A stretch of 64,000 nucleotides of DNA from a virus. Its lineage: Duplodnaviria > Caudoviricetes. Positions 1-8,872 of the stretch are shown here, in pieces. A model generated the notes under the pieces. It was given only the letters and a program-made list of their open reading frames with translations. It was not told the origin of the DNA and did no database searches. The DNA lies in the IMG/VR virus record IMGVR_UViG_2862481585_000002, positions 1 to 64,000 of that record. One strand, written 5' to 3'. The stretch's first letter is position 1. Each line of letters opens with the position of its first letter. Position numbers and translations under genes: made by a program.

Positions 1-27
1 CACACATTGACGCCATAGGCGCCCCCA

Positions 28-311
28 AATCGCGCCCGGATGAATCCGGGGCGATTGAGAGAGAGTGACGCTACGGGTAACGGTGGCGGTACCTCTGTGT
101 TAGCTCTTGCCACCACGTATCCACTGACTATCTGTCCCCATGCTGTGTAAGCCACGGACGTCTAGCCACGCGCATTTGGTCCCCTCCTATAAGAGTTCGG
201 CGACAGTAGGCAGACTGCACCCCTGTTGCATGCACGCCCTATCGACACGTCGGTCGATAGTGGGGAATCCTCATTCCCCTTGCAGAAACGTCGTTACCGT
301 TCCCGTGCGTC
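28..311. ncRNA. Putative structured RNA: long-range stalk enclosing hairpins
   Basis: 67-88 (GACGCtACGGGtAACGGTGGCG) pairs with 292-311 (CGTTACCGTTCCCGTGCGTC); inner hairpins 239-260 and 262-279; further hairpin 28-56. Confidence 0.45.
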
Positions 312-317
312 TATATC

Positions 318-340
318 CACTGTTGAGTTCTCAAGGAACG
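318..340 (-). promoter_or_regulatory. rrn-leader-like boxA antitermination element
   Basis: Minus strand reads CGTTCCTTGAGAACTCAACAGTG, closely resembling the conserved motif of actinobacterial rRNA operon leaders (recalled, not aligned). Confidence 0.65.
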
Positions 341-442
341 ATCGCTGCCTTTCTACTAACCCCGTAGGGCTTTCGTCCGGGCGATTCATTCGCCTTCCCT
401 TTGAGGCCCCGTTTCCGGTGCCTCGCCGTTCCGACACAGAGA

Positions 443-496
443 ACATTAGGCGCTGCGAGGTACCTCGCACAAGTCCGTGTCGCGAGTTACCTCGCA
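443..496 (-). promoter_or_regulatory. Leftward promoter overlapped by palindromic operators
   Basis: Minus strand TTGTGC-N18-TAATGT (472-443); perfect palindrome TGCGAGGTACCTCGCA 454-469; near copy CGCGAGTTACCTCGCA 481-496. Confidence 0.65.
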
Positions 497-720
497 CAGT
501 GACGGTTGCGGCACCCGCGCACCCGCTGTGAGCTGCGGCGCGTGACCTTGCGTGATGAAAAACTACTTTCCGTTACCAGGGATCGCCGGCGACTGGCGTG
601 CCCCTATATGCACCTCTATGTCCGTTTCCGGTGGCGCTCGTCGGTGTGCTCGGCAGTACCGCAAGGGGGTGCGTCGCACGGTCCCCAACAGCTCCTGAGA
701 CACGGCGGCGGCCCTGAAGA

Positions 721-1062
721 TTCGGGGGAGGCGTAGTGGTCGGCATGCTCCCTACGGCATGCACCACGTAGGGCACGGCTCACAGCGGCTCACGCTGCCT
801 CGCTACGGCTCACGCTGCCTCGCATGCTCGGTACGCCTCACAGCGGCTCACGGCGGCGCCTAGCGGCTCACGTTCGGCACGCTGCCTAGCGGCGCCTGTA
901 GCGCTCACAGCGGCTCACGGTTGCTCGGTACGCCTACGGCTCACAGCGGCGCCCGTAGCGGCTCACGGTGCCTCGCTACGGCTCACGCTGCCTCGCTTGC
1001 CTCACAGCGGCTCACGGCGGCGCCTAGCGCTTTTCGGGGGGCGGGAAGTGGTCGGCATGCTC
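721..1062. repeat. Mosaic repeat of 10 CGGCTCAC units flanked by direct repeats
   Basis: CGGCTCAC x10 between 776 and 1015, mixed with GCTGCCTCG and GCGGCGCC modules; TTCGGGGG...AGTGGTCGGCATGCTC at 721-750 and 1033-1062. Confidence 0.85.
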
Positions 1063-1930
1063 TCCCCATACACACACAGTGAGGCAATGGCTACGTTGTG
1101 CCATGCTGCGCCGTCTGCACGCTCGGTAGCCAAGAAAGGTGCTTTCGCTACTTTCCGCTATGCTGGCTCTGTGTAACTGCTGACATAGGTACGCCTAAGT
1201 ATCTGACGGTCTATTGATATAGTGCGCGCGTTGACCGGCTCTAAGCCTCTCACCTGCACGTATGCACGTTGAGTAACTCTCTGCGTATCTGACGGTCCGT
1301 TTGTCAGGGGGTGGCCCCACGACCCCGCAACCCTGGGTTGACAGTATCCGTTCACGGGCAGTAACTGTCGACTTTATGCAGAGAAAGGTGCTGCATAGGG
1401 GTTGACTTTCGAGTCACTGACACTCTTTTAGTTGACCTGGCGAGGAATCCGCTGGTCACGCCGTACCCAAATGGGAATTTGGGAGTAACCCATAAGGTGC
1501 GATGACCGGCCTAGCCGACATGGGGTGCGAAACGGGCACATGCATGTGCATGGAAAGCTATGCAGGGCTCAACATAATATGCATGCATGGGAATTCGGGC
1601 ATAAAGGACACCCCCACCCTTAAGTGGGCGAAGCCGGCGAAGCCGGCTACTGCCCCCTGATGACTCTTATAGCCACCGGTCCTCACGATTGGGGCAGTAG
1701 CCCTGCGTGACTGGGGTGGGAAACGCGATTTCGTAGACGGAGAGCTCCGAAAGTCGTCGAGCCGATCACGCTAAGCAGTATCACAGCAGATGTGCCGGCA
1801 GAGCTGGCGAGTCGGGCAGTACGAAGCGTCACTATGGCGTCCGTCACAGCACAAACGAGCGAATCGGCGAAAGTCGGCGGTTCCGGGGCTCTCGCGTGTG
1901 TGCAGGCAGGGAGGCGCTACGGTTCCGCGC

Positions 1931-2218
1931 ATGGAAATCCCGAGGTGGGCTGGCCGCGCCACGGCCGCAGTGGTCGTGGCTGGGGCGTTGATCATTCGGC
2001 GTGCGCTCCAGGAGGCTGCGTCGCGGTCGGATACGGACGGCGGCGGTCCCCGTAAGCGGACGCTTTGGCACTGGCGTTGCGAGTGCGGCGGTCACTCTCG
2101 CGGAGGCGAGACCTCTGAGTTTCTTGCGCAGTGTCTCGCCGACAGGCACACGTTGCGCAAACCTGTGGGGCACCCGAAACCGGAGGTCTACTCCACCGAA
2201 GAGGAAGTCGAATGGTGA
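1931..2218 (+). CDS. Hypothetical protein (N-terminal TM segment, CxC motif), probably leaderless
   Basis: ATG at 1931 just downstream of a TACGGT -10-like hexamer. Confidence 0.55.
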   Translation: MEIPRWAGRATAAVVVAGALIIRRALQEAASRSDTDGGGPRKRTLWHWRCECGGHSRGGETSEFLAQCLADRHTLRKPVGHPKPEVYSTEEEVEW

Positions 2219-2313
2219 TCCCACGGCGGGCTGATGACGGTTCGGTCACGGTTGACCTAGGCGAGTAAGTCCTGTTGAGGCGTAGCCGGCGCTCCTGGCC
2301 GTACGTTCCGCGC

Positions 2314-2742
2314 ATGAGTGATGAGTTGCAGAGGGAGCAGGACCGCGCGCTGGTCGAACTGGCTGCGGAGAAGCTGCTGAAGACGTCGGCCGGCGCGGTC
2401 CAGGAGAAGGGTCGAGAGCACTACGTCCAGTCGCAGACGCGGGGGAGCGGTACCCCTGTGGTGGTCGACGACATCGATCGTCCGAGCTGCGTGATCGAGG
2501 CGTTCGCACCGCACTACGAGTTCGTCCTGGAGCACCTCGCGCTGGTCGGCTCGCCGCGGGTCGGCCTTGCGGTGGCTGCGTGGCTTTCGAGCGTGGCGCG
2601 GCGCTGGGGGGAGTCGTCGAGCGATGAGCGGCGTTGGGCTGTCGACGTTGCGGCGGAGCTGCTGAAGGTCAAGAAGAGGGACCTGGGCTTCGGTCGGCAT
2701 CAGTGGGTACCGATCCGGGCCGCCGCGAGCGAGGCTGCGTGA
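2314..2742 (+). CDS. Hypothetical phage protein, probably leaderless
   Basis: GC3-biased ORF; TACGTT hexamer just upstream of the ATG. Confidence 0.7.
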   Translation: MSDELQREQDRALVELAAEKLLKTSAGAVQEKGREHYVQSQTRGSGTPVVVDDIDRPSCVIEAFAPHYEFVLEHLALVGSPRVGLAVAAWLSSVARRWGESSSDERRWAVDVAAELLKVKKRDLGFGRHQWVPIRAAASEAA

Positions 2743-3130
2743 GGACCTGGCCGTCGAGCTGGGCGTGCGATGCGTCGGTGGGTCCCGAGGGTGGCGGAGC
2801 AGTCGGCGCCTCGGTGTGCCTACACCTCTGTGTGCAATGCGTGAAGTTGCAGGTCGGGGGCGACCTACTCACTGGTACACGCGTAGACAAGTGAGTTAAC
2901 GGGAGGTGAACGGAGCCTCAAGGGTGTGACCCTAGTCACAGCAACCAATCCGGGTCTTGTTGGTCCTTGTCGTCACTGTGTGATGGCTGAATCGCCACTG
3001 TCAGTGGCATATGCGCACGTCAGAGGCGTGTTACCGGCGGTCAGGCTCCATCGCGTAACGAGTGTTGATCGTTTAGCGCCTGACTCCGCGCATGACGTAC
3101 AAGATGGTCAACAAGTTGCTGCGGTGGTAG

Positions 3131-3478
3131 ATGTGGAGCCCGCCGTTCAGGGGATCCCCTGGGGCGGGGCTAAGAGGGATCGTTCGAACTTACGCGTGCG
3201 CGTTCGTGGCTCGGGGAGGGTGCGCCTTGACGGTGGTCGCCGGGGTGGAGGACTCGGGAGCAGTCCCGGTCATGAAGGCGGAGCAGTTCGATCGGAGGGG
3301 TCCCTATGTGCGCTCTGGCGAGGATGTTCCGCATGAGGGAGCCATACCGGACCTGTGGGGGTTGGCGGCGGACGAGGCCCTCGAAGAGGCCATTGAGAAT
3401 GGCCGGCTGCGCTGGTCGATCAACCTGCGGACAGGGGAGACGGTACTGAGCTTTCGAACGCTGCAATCGAACGCATGA
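3131..3478 (+). CDS. Hypothetical protein (start uncertain)
   Basis: ORF; C-terminal half looks coding. Confidence 0.4.
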   Translation: MWSPPFRGSPGAGLRGIVRTYACAFVARGGCALTVVAGVEDSGAVPVMKAEQFDRRGPYVRSGEDVPHEGAIPDLWGLAADEALEEAIENGRLRWSINLRTGETVLSFRTLQSNA

Positions 3479-3646
3479 TTGGTTTGTGACTCACTCGCTA
3501 GGCTTGTGGCACAAGTAGGCGCACAAGATGACCAACTCCTGGTTTATAGTTCCCAGCGTCGCTGCATGAACGTAGGTCCGCCAGGAGCGGGTCCGATGGA
3601 GAGCAAGCCGTCTTGAGCAGGTAGGGCGGCATTCGGAAGGAGCGCC

Positions 3647-4297
3647 GTGGCTACCGAACAGCCTGGGCCAAGCTGTAACCGGCTAGTGGGCCATGACGAC
3701 AACGGCCGGGAGATCGTCTGCGGGAAGGCCGTCCCAGGTCACCCGCTTCACCTTGAGATCAACGGGGCCAAGGCGCTCGACCTGGTGCTGTGTGCCGAGC
3801 ACAAGGCCGAGTGGTACGCCCACAACGAGCAGTTCTTCGGGCGGGCACAGGCGGCGAAGGTCGCCCTCCAGAAACTGTTCGAGGACCACCGCGGGGACCT
3901 CTTCACGACGGCGGAGATCCGCAACTACCTCCGGGACGTCCTGAAGAACCGGGATGAACTGCTCAGGGGCAAGGCCGAGCGGGACCTCGTCACGGCCCTC
4001 CAGGACAAGGGCAAGCTCTCCTTCGCGGTCGAGGACCTCTTCAAGGAGGTGCGCCGCCGCGAGGAGGAGCTGTCGGCGCCCTCAGAGTGGGAAGAGGTTA
4101 CCCCCTCCAAGGTGCGGAACTACCTCAATGCCGCGCTGGATAACAGGGACGAGCGCCTGTCCGGCGCGGAGTTCCGGCTGATTGCCGGCATGCCTCAGAC
4201 GGGCATGCCGGGGCAGCCCCTGATGGAGCTGTACGCACGGCTTCGTCGAGAGGATATGGACCGTTCGGATGTGGATGACCCGGCGGTGAGCAAGTGA
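3647..4297 (+). CDS. Lsr2-like nucleoid protein with two tandem C-terminal domains
   Basis: LEINGAKALDLVLCAEH resembles the Lsr2 dimerisation domain; two repeats AEIRNYL..KGKLS..V.DLF and SKVRNYL..TGMP..LMELY resemble the Lsr2 DNA-binding domain; RBS AAGGAG. Confidence 0.55.
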   Translation: MATEQPGPSCNRLVGHDDNGREIVCGKAVPGHPLHLEINGAKALDLVLCAEHKAEWYAHNEQFFGRAQAAKVALQKLFEDHRGDLFTTAEIRNYLRDVLKNRDELLRGKAERDLVTALQDKGKLSFAVEDLFKEVRRREEELSAPSEWEEVTPSKVRNYLNAALDNRDERLSGAEFRLIAGMPQTGMPGQPLMELYARLRREDMDRSDVDDPAVSK

Positions 4298-4421
4298 CGG
4301 GGTTATTGCACCGCCGTCGGTGCGGCTCGCCGGATCGGGGGTTGAGCTAACTCAAGAGGGGCTGGTTACTCGGACTGTCGAGGCCGGCCCCTCTTGCTAT
4401 TCAGTGACAGGAGCGCAGCAG

Positions 4422-4697
4422 ATGAGTGACTACTTCGCGGAGCGGACTTCCGTGTTCGACCGGACCGTCCGTCACGGGGCGGATGCATGGCACCGGTTGG
4501 ACCGTGAGGAACTGGCTGCGCGTCGGGAGCGGAGTGGTAGGCGCGGGGCGGAGACTCGCCGGCGAAACTCGCACAGCGGTCCTGTGGTCACTGGGGTGAA
4601 GGTCTGGCCTGAGGTGATGAAGGCGGCCCTGAAGGCGGCCGGCGGGGATGCCAGTCGCCTGCGGATCGTCAGCGACACAGAGGTTTGGGTCGTCTGA
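4422..4697 (+). CDS. Hypothetical phage protein
   Basis: AGGAG RBS, ATG 4422. Confidence 0.65.
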   Translation: MSDYFAERTSVFDRTVRHGADAWHRLDREELAARRERSGRRGAETRRRNSHSGPVVTGVKVWPEVMKAALKAAGGDASRLRIVSDTEVWVV

Positions 4698-4717
4698 GCT
4701 GCGAATATTCTTGAGAT

Positions 4718-4738
4718 ACAACTTGTGGAACAAGTTGT
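4718..4738. promoter_or_regulatory. Inverted-repeat operator upstream of the recombinase
   Basis: ACAACTTGT-GGA-ACAAGTTGT; member of the CAA(C/G)TTG family. Confidence 0.7.
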
Positions 4739-4861
4739 TCGTCTAGTAGGCTCGGGGTGTCCCCGGAAGCGTTGGGCAACGCGGTCGGGACGCACTCCGG
4801 GCCTTCTTGCTTGGCGGGCACCAAGCAACCAGGCCCTTCCAACCACCTATGGAGGGCTTCG

Positions 4862-5857
4862 ATGGGCGCTGAGCTTGCTCTGATGGAGGGCGGGCAGATC
4901 CAGCCGTTCGCTGTGGCCGGCGCCTACCTGCTCACCAAGTCGGGCCGGACCCGTACCGAGTACCAGCGGGACCTACGCCACTACTTCACCTGGTGCGCCG
5001 AGTTCGGCCGCGACCCGTTCTTCCAGAAGCGCGCGCAGATGGACGCCTTCAAGAACTGGCTGTCCGACCACTACAGCGCCGGGGCGGTGAACCGTCACCT
5101 GTCTGCCGTGAGCGGCCTGTTCAAGTACGCCATGGCCGAGTTGGAGGACTTCATTGTCCGCAACCCGGTCGCCCTCGTCGACCGGAAGCCGACCTCCTCC
5201 ATCTCCCAGGCCACCGGCCTCACCTTCGTGGAGTGCGACCTACTTCTCCTCGGTGCCCAGGCATACAGCCTGCGGTGCTCCGCAGTCGTCCACATCCTGC
5301 TGCTGACCGGCATGCGCGTCAGCGAGCTGGTAAACGCCAACATCGAGGACCTGGGTGAAGAGCGCGGTCACAAGGTGCTGCGCGTCACCCGCAAGGGTGG
5401 ACGCCAGCAGACCATCGTGATCCCGCCGACCGCATGGGCCGCCCTGGAGGCGTACCTCGACGGCCGCACGAGCGGGCCGCTGATCATTACCTCCACCGGT
5501 CGCCGCATTACTCGGCAGGGCATCTGGGACATGGTCAAGCGCCTTTGCCGGCGTGCCGGTGTCCGGATGATTCGTACGCACGACCTGCGCCACACCTGCG
5601 CGACGCTCGCGCTTGAGAGCGGGATGCCGCTGGAGGCCGTGCAGGACCTGCTCGGTCACGCGGACCCGCGGACGACCCGACGCTACGACCGCGCACGCAA
5701 CAACCTCGACGCCTCCCCGAGCTACGCCATCGACGAGAAGCTCCGTGCCGTCGCTGCCCGCCGTCAGGCCGAGGCCGCGCTGGACGAGGCCGTTGAGGTC
5801 CTGGTCGACGAGGCCCTCCGCGAAGTGCTTGCCACCGCGGAACTCGCCGCCGCCTGA
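4862..5857 (+). CDS. Tyrosine recombinase/integrase (XerC/D-like)
   Basis: TGMRVSEL, KGG, HDLRH, LLGHAD and TTRRY catalytic motifs; GGAGG RBS before ATG 4862. Confidence 0.93.
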   Translation: MGAELALMEGGQIQPFAVAGAYLLTKSGRTRTEYQRDLRHYFTWCAEFGRDPFFQKRAQMDAFKNWLSDHYSAGAVNRHLSAVSGLFKYAMAELEDFIVRNPVALVDRKPTSSISQATGLTFVECDLLLLGAQAYSLRCSAVVHILLLTGMRVSELVNANIEDLGEERGHKVLRVTRKGGRQQTIVIPPTAWAALEAYLDGRTSGPLIITSTGRRITRQGIWDMVKRLCRRAGVRMIRTHDLRHTCATLALESGMPLEAVQDLLGHADPRTTRRYDRARNNLDASPSYAIDEKLRAVAARRQAEAALDEAVEVLVDEALREVLATAELAAA

Positions 5858-5878
5858 AACCCCTTGAGAGGAGAAAGC

Positions 5879-6322
5879 ATGTCCGAGGTCACGCCGGACG
5901 CAATCCGGCTCATGCGGGAGGACTACCCGCCGTCGGGAAACTGCCCTGCCAAGGCCATCGACGACCCGTCCCAACATCACGTCTGGGAGCGGACCCAGTA
6001 CGGCAACGTCTCCTGTGCCGACTGCCATGTCCCGCACTCCGACGAGCCCTTGGAGCGGCTCGCCGAGTCGGACCTGGACTGGCTTCAAGGCATTTGTGAC
6101 GCCATCGGACCGCTGTACGGCGGTCGGCTGGCTGCGGATGGCCGCCGGCACTACAACGGCATCGAGTTGTTCGACGACGAGGAGGGTGATGACCTCACCT
6201 TCTACCTCGTCGCCCGCGACGCCATGCCGGCACTGATCCACGCTTACCGTAGGCTGCTGGCGGAGACGGAGCAGCGATCGGGCGGGACGGTGGGCGTCGT
6301 CCCACTGCGGGAGGCCGCGTGA
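5879..6322 (+). CDS. Hypothetical protein
   Basis: GAGGAG RBS; coupled to the next gene. Confidence 0.7.
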   Translation: MSEVTPDAIRLMREDYPPSGNCPAKAIDDPSQHHVWERTQYGNVSCADCHVPHSDEPLERLAESDLDWLQGICDAIGPLYGGRLAADGRRHYNGIELFDDEEGDDLTFYLVARDAMPALIHAYRRLLAETEQRSGGTVGVVPLREAA

Positions 6323-7080
6323 TCGCCCTCCCGGACACCTTCATGGGGTTCGACCTGGAGACCACGGGTGTCTCCGTCGAGGAGGACCGCATCGTCACGG
6401 CCGCCATGGTCGAGGTCCTGCACGGTGTCCCCAGGCGCTCGCGCACGTGGCTCGTCGACCCAGGCGTCGAGATACCCGCGGAAGCCACCAAGGTTCACAA
6501 AATCACGACCGAGAAGGCGCGGCGCGGCGGCATGAACACCATCCGGGCCACCGCGCAGATCGCCGGCCAGATCTGGGGCGCGCTGACCGCCGGCATCCCG
6601 CTGGTCATCATGAACGCGCCCTACGACCTGAGCCTCCTCGACCGCGAGTGCCGGCGCAACGACGTCACGCCCGTCACCGAGATGCTCGCTTCGGCCAAGG
6701 ACGGTCTCGTCCTGGACCCCTACGTCCTGGACCGCAGGGTCGACCCGTTCCGGCCCGGCAAGCGGACGCTGGAAAGCCTCGCCGAGTACTACGGCGTGAC
6801 CCTCAAGGGCGCCCACGAGGCCGGCGCCGATGCCCTGGCCGCCGTCCAGGTCACCCAGAAGATTCTGCGCACCGTCGAGGACGAGCGAGCCTTCAACCGC
6901 AGCACCTACCACCATGAGGTCCACGGCCGCGACCTCCGCGAGCTTTACGCGCAGCAGCGACTGTGGTTCGCCGCCCAGTCCGCCGGCTACCAGGACTGGC
7001 TGCGGCGCACCAAGAACCCCACGGCCGTCGTCAACGGCGAGTGGCCGATCATCCCCGTCAAGGAGCCTGTACGTGTCTGA
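6319..7080 (+). CDS. 3'-5' exonuclease (DEDDh, DnaQ-like)
   Basis: FDLETTG, MNAPYD and AHEAGADA motifs. Confidence 0.9.
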   Translation: MIALPDTFMGFDLETTGVSVEEDRIVTAAMVEVLHGVPRRSRTWLVDPGVEIPAEATKVHKITTEKARRGGMNTIRATAQIAGQIWGALTAGIPLVIMNAPYDLSLLDRECRRNDVTPVTEMLASAKDGLVLDPYVLDRRVDPFRPGKRTLESLAEYYGVTLKGAHEAGADALAAVQVTQKILRTVEDERAFNRSTYHHEVHGRDLRELYAQQRLWFAAQSAGYQDWLRRTKNPTAVVNGEWPIIPVKEPVRV

Positions 7081-7537
7081 CCTCGCCCAGCTCGACTTCC
7101 AGGGCGCGGTCGCCCAGTTCCACGAAGCGTTCGACGTCGCCAACGACATCGTCACCCCGGACAAATTTCGGGAGCTGCTGCAGCGCCGTGTCACGCTGAT
7201 CACCGAGGAAACCAGAGAGGTCGTCGAGGCCGTCGCCGCCGTCAAGGACGGCATCGGGAATCCCGGCTATCCACTGGACCGCGTAGAGCACCTTGCCAAG
7301 GAACTGGCCGACCTGCTGTACGTCACCTTCGGGACGGCCGACCTGCTCGGCATCCCGCTGAATAAGGCCTTCGCCGAGGTCCACGACAGCAACATGTCGA
7401 AGCTCGGGGAGGACGGAAAGCCGGTTCTCCGCGAGGACGGGAAGGTGCTGAAGGGCCCCAACTACCGTGAGGCCGACATGTCCGATGTGGGCGTCGACAT
7501 TCTCACCCACTACATCGGCCTGCAATTCGCGGAATAA
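7073..7537 (+). CDS. MazG-like nucleoside triphosphate pyrophosphohydrolase
   Basis: LITEE..E, KELADLLYV, AFAEVHDSNMSK, REDGKVLKGPNY. Confidence 0.88.
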   Translation: MSDLAQLDFQGAVAQFHEAFDVANDIVTPDKFRELLQRRVTLITEETREVVEAVAAVKDGIGNPGYPLDRVEHLAKELADLLYVTFGTADLLGIPLNKAFAEVHDSNMSKLGEDGKPVLREDGKVLKGPNYREADMSDVGVDILTHYIGLQFAE

Positions 7538-7567
7538 CACAATTCATAGGCCCCACTTAGCATTGAG
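7535..7567 (+). promoter_or_regulatory. Putative late promoter, TAAC-N25-TGA family
   Basis: TAACACAATT at 7535, TGA at +29. Confidence 0.55.
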
Positions 7568-7599
7568 GACGTGAGTCCTTGACGCTGAAGGCGGTCCGA

Positions 7600-7905
7600 A
7601 TGTTTCACACACTGATGGCAGAAGCGGCCTCAGGCGGCGGTGTCAATTTCGACAACCCGCTGATCCTGGGGCCGCTTGCTGCGTTCGTCTTCGCCATCTT
7701 CGTCAGCGAAGTCGTCGTACCCGGAAAGACCTATCGGCGGGAAGTCGACGAGAACGCGCGACTGCGCGACCTCGTGGAGCAAGTCATTCCCCTCGCTGAG
7801 TCGATGACTGCTACTGCGCAGGAGATGGTCACGGCGACCTCCCGCGTCACCGACGTGATGGACCGCGTCGTCACCACCTTGGCCGACCCCCGCCGCGAAG
7901 GCTGA
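7600..7905 (+). CDS. Small membrane protein (actinophage lysis-cassette-like)
   Basis: One TM segment followed by a coiled coil. Confidence 0.65.
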   Translation: MFHTLMAEAASGGGVNFDNPLILGPLAAFVFAIFVSEVVVPGKTYRREVDENARLRDLVEQVIPLAESMTATAQEMVTATSRVTDVMDRVVTTLADPRREG

Positions 7906-7916
7906 AAGGGGCGACC

Positions 7917-8105
7917 GTGGCCCTCTGGAACACCAAGCGTCCCCAGCACAACTCGATCGACCTCGCGGACGCCTCAGCGCGCATGACCAAAGCAGCGGTC
8001 TCCTTGCGCCTCACCGTCATCAAGGCCCGGCACGCCACCGCAGACGCCCGGCGCTTCACCGACCGAGTCGAATCCCAGATCGTGGACCAGCAGGGAGCAG
8101 CATGA
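7917..8105 (+). CDS. Hypothetical protein
   Basis: Short ORF in a tightly packed operon. Confidence 0.55.
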   Translation: MALWNTKRPQHNSIDLADASARMTKAAVSLRLTVIKARHATADARRFTDRVESQIVDQQGAA

Positions 8106-8254
8106 CCACCCGTAAGACCAAGGCCGATGAAGAGCCTCGCTACAACTGCGACAACCATCCCCAGCGTACGGCGGCTCTGAACACCACCAGCGGTGGAGCC
8201 CACAGCCAGATCCACCTCTGCAAGGACTGCGCCCGCGCAGCCGGGAGGCTGTGA
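8102..8254 (+). CDS. Small Cys/His-rich protein (50 aa; not in ORF track)
   Basis: MTTRK...CDNH...CKDC; ATGA overlap with the upstream gene. Confidence 0.55.
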   Translation: MTTRKTKADEEPRYNCDNHPQRTAALNTTSGGAHSQIHLCKDCARAAGRL

Positions 8255-8406
8255 TGCAGGTGTCCACGTGTGTCTGGTGGCAGGGCCGGCACGTGCAGGC
8301 CGGCCGCTTCTGCCCGCACAAGCAGGGCGTAGAGATCGACCCTGCGGGCGATCAGCACCCCGTCGGGTGGACCGTACAGAACCCAGGAGGCAAGAAGGAT
8401 GCCTAA
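8254..8406 (+). CDS. Small hypothetical protein (50 aa; not in ORF track)
   Basis: TGATG coupling; overlaps the start of the next gene. Confidence 0.4.
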   Translation: MQVSTCVWWQGRHVQAGRFCPHKQGVEIDPAGDQHPVGWTVQNPGGKKDA

Positions 8407-8839
8407 CCGCGGATGGAAGCCGCCTCCGGTCAAGGCACTGCCCGAGCCGGCCCTGGGTGGCAGCCGCTACTCCAAGCGCCAGGTCGACCGGCTCCAGCAG
8501 TACGACCGCCGGGACATGCGCCCCAAGACTCGCGCGGCCCTGGAGGAGTTCGAGAAGACCGGCAACACCGACAAGCTCCTGACCTTCAGCACCTGGCCGA
8601 ACCACACCATCAACCGCGACCGCCCACGGACCGTGTCCGCCGGCTACGACTCGAAGTCCCACACCCTTCGAGTCGAATTCCGAAACGGCGAGGACGGGCG
8701 CGGAAAGCCGGGCGGGCCGGTCTACGAGTACTACCGCGTGAGTCCGAATGTGTGGAAGAACGTGCGCCGTACCGGGTCCGAAGGCAGGAACATCATCAAT
8801 AAGGCCCTCGAAGGCCACCCATACCGGCGCATCCGCTAA
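8399..8839 (+). CDS. KTSC domain protein
   Basis: SAGYDSKSHTLRVEFRNG...YEYYRV...S.GR.IN pattern. Confidence 0.8.
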   Translation: MPNRGWKPPPVKALPEPALGGSRYSKRQVDRLQQYDRRDMRPKTRAALEEFEKTGNTDKLLTFSTWPNHTINRDRPRTVSAGYDSKSHTLRVEFRNGEDGRGKPGGPVYEYYRVSPNVWKNVRRTGSEGRNIINKALEGHPYRRIR

Positions 8840-8872
8840 CACAATCGGAAATCCGCCACTAGGGTGCGGCGC

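Noticed and set aside
1-320. Streptomyces linear-replicon telomere
   Set aside because: Hairpins are present but the archetypal CCCGCGG terminus is not, and a promoter plus boxA points leftward through the region; the window edge may be arbitrary
1-340. rRNA gene downstream of the boxA-like motif
   Set aside because: No 16S 5' sequence (AGAGTTTGATC) on the minus strand within the window
776-1030. CRISPR array
   Set aside because: Repeat units are only 8 bp, the intervening sequences are themselves repeated modules, and there are no cas genes
1657-1724. Hammerhead ribozyme (CTGATGA...GAAA)
   Set aside because: No stem II closes between the two core motifs, and the CTGATGA lies inside a different 12-bp hairpin
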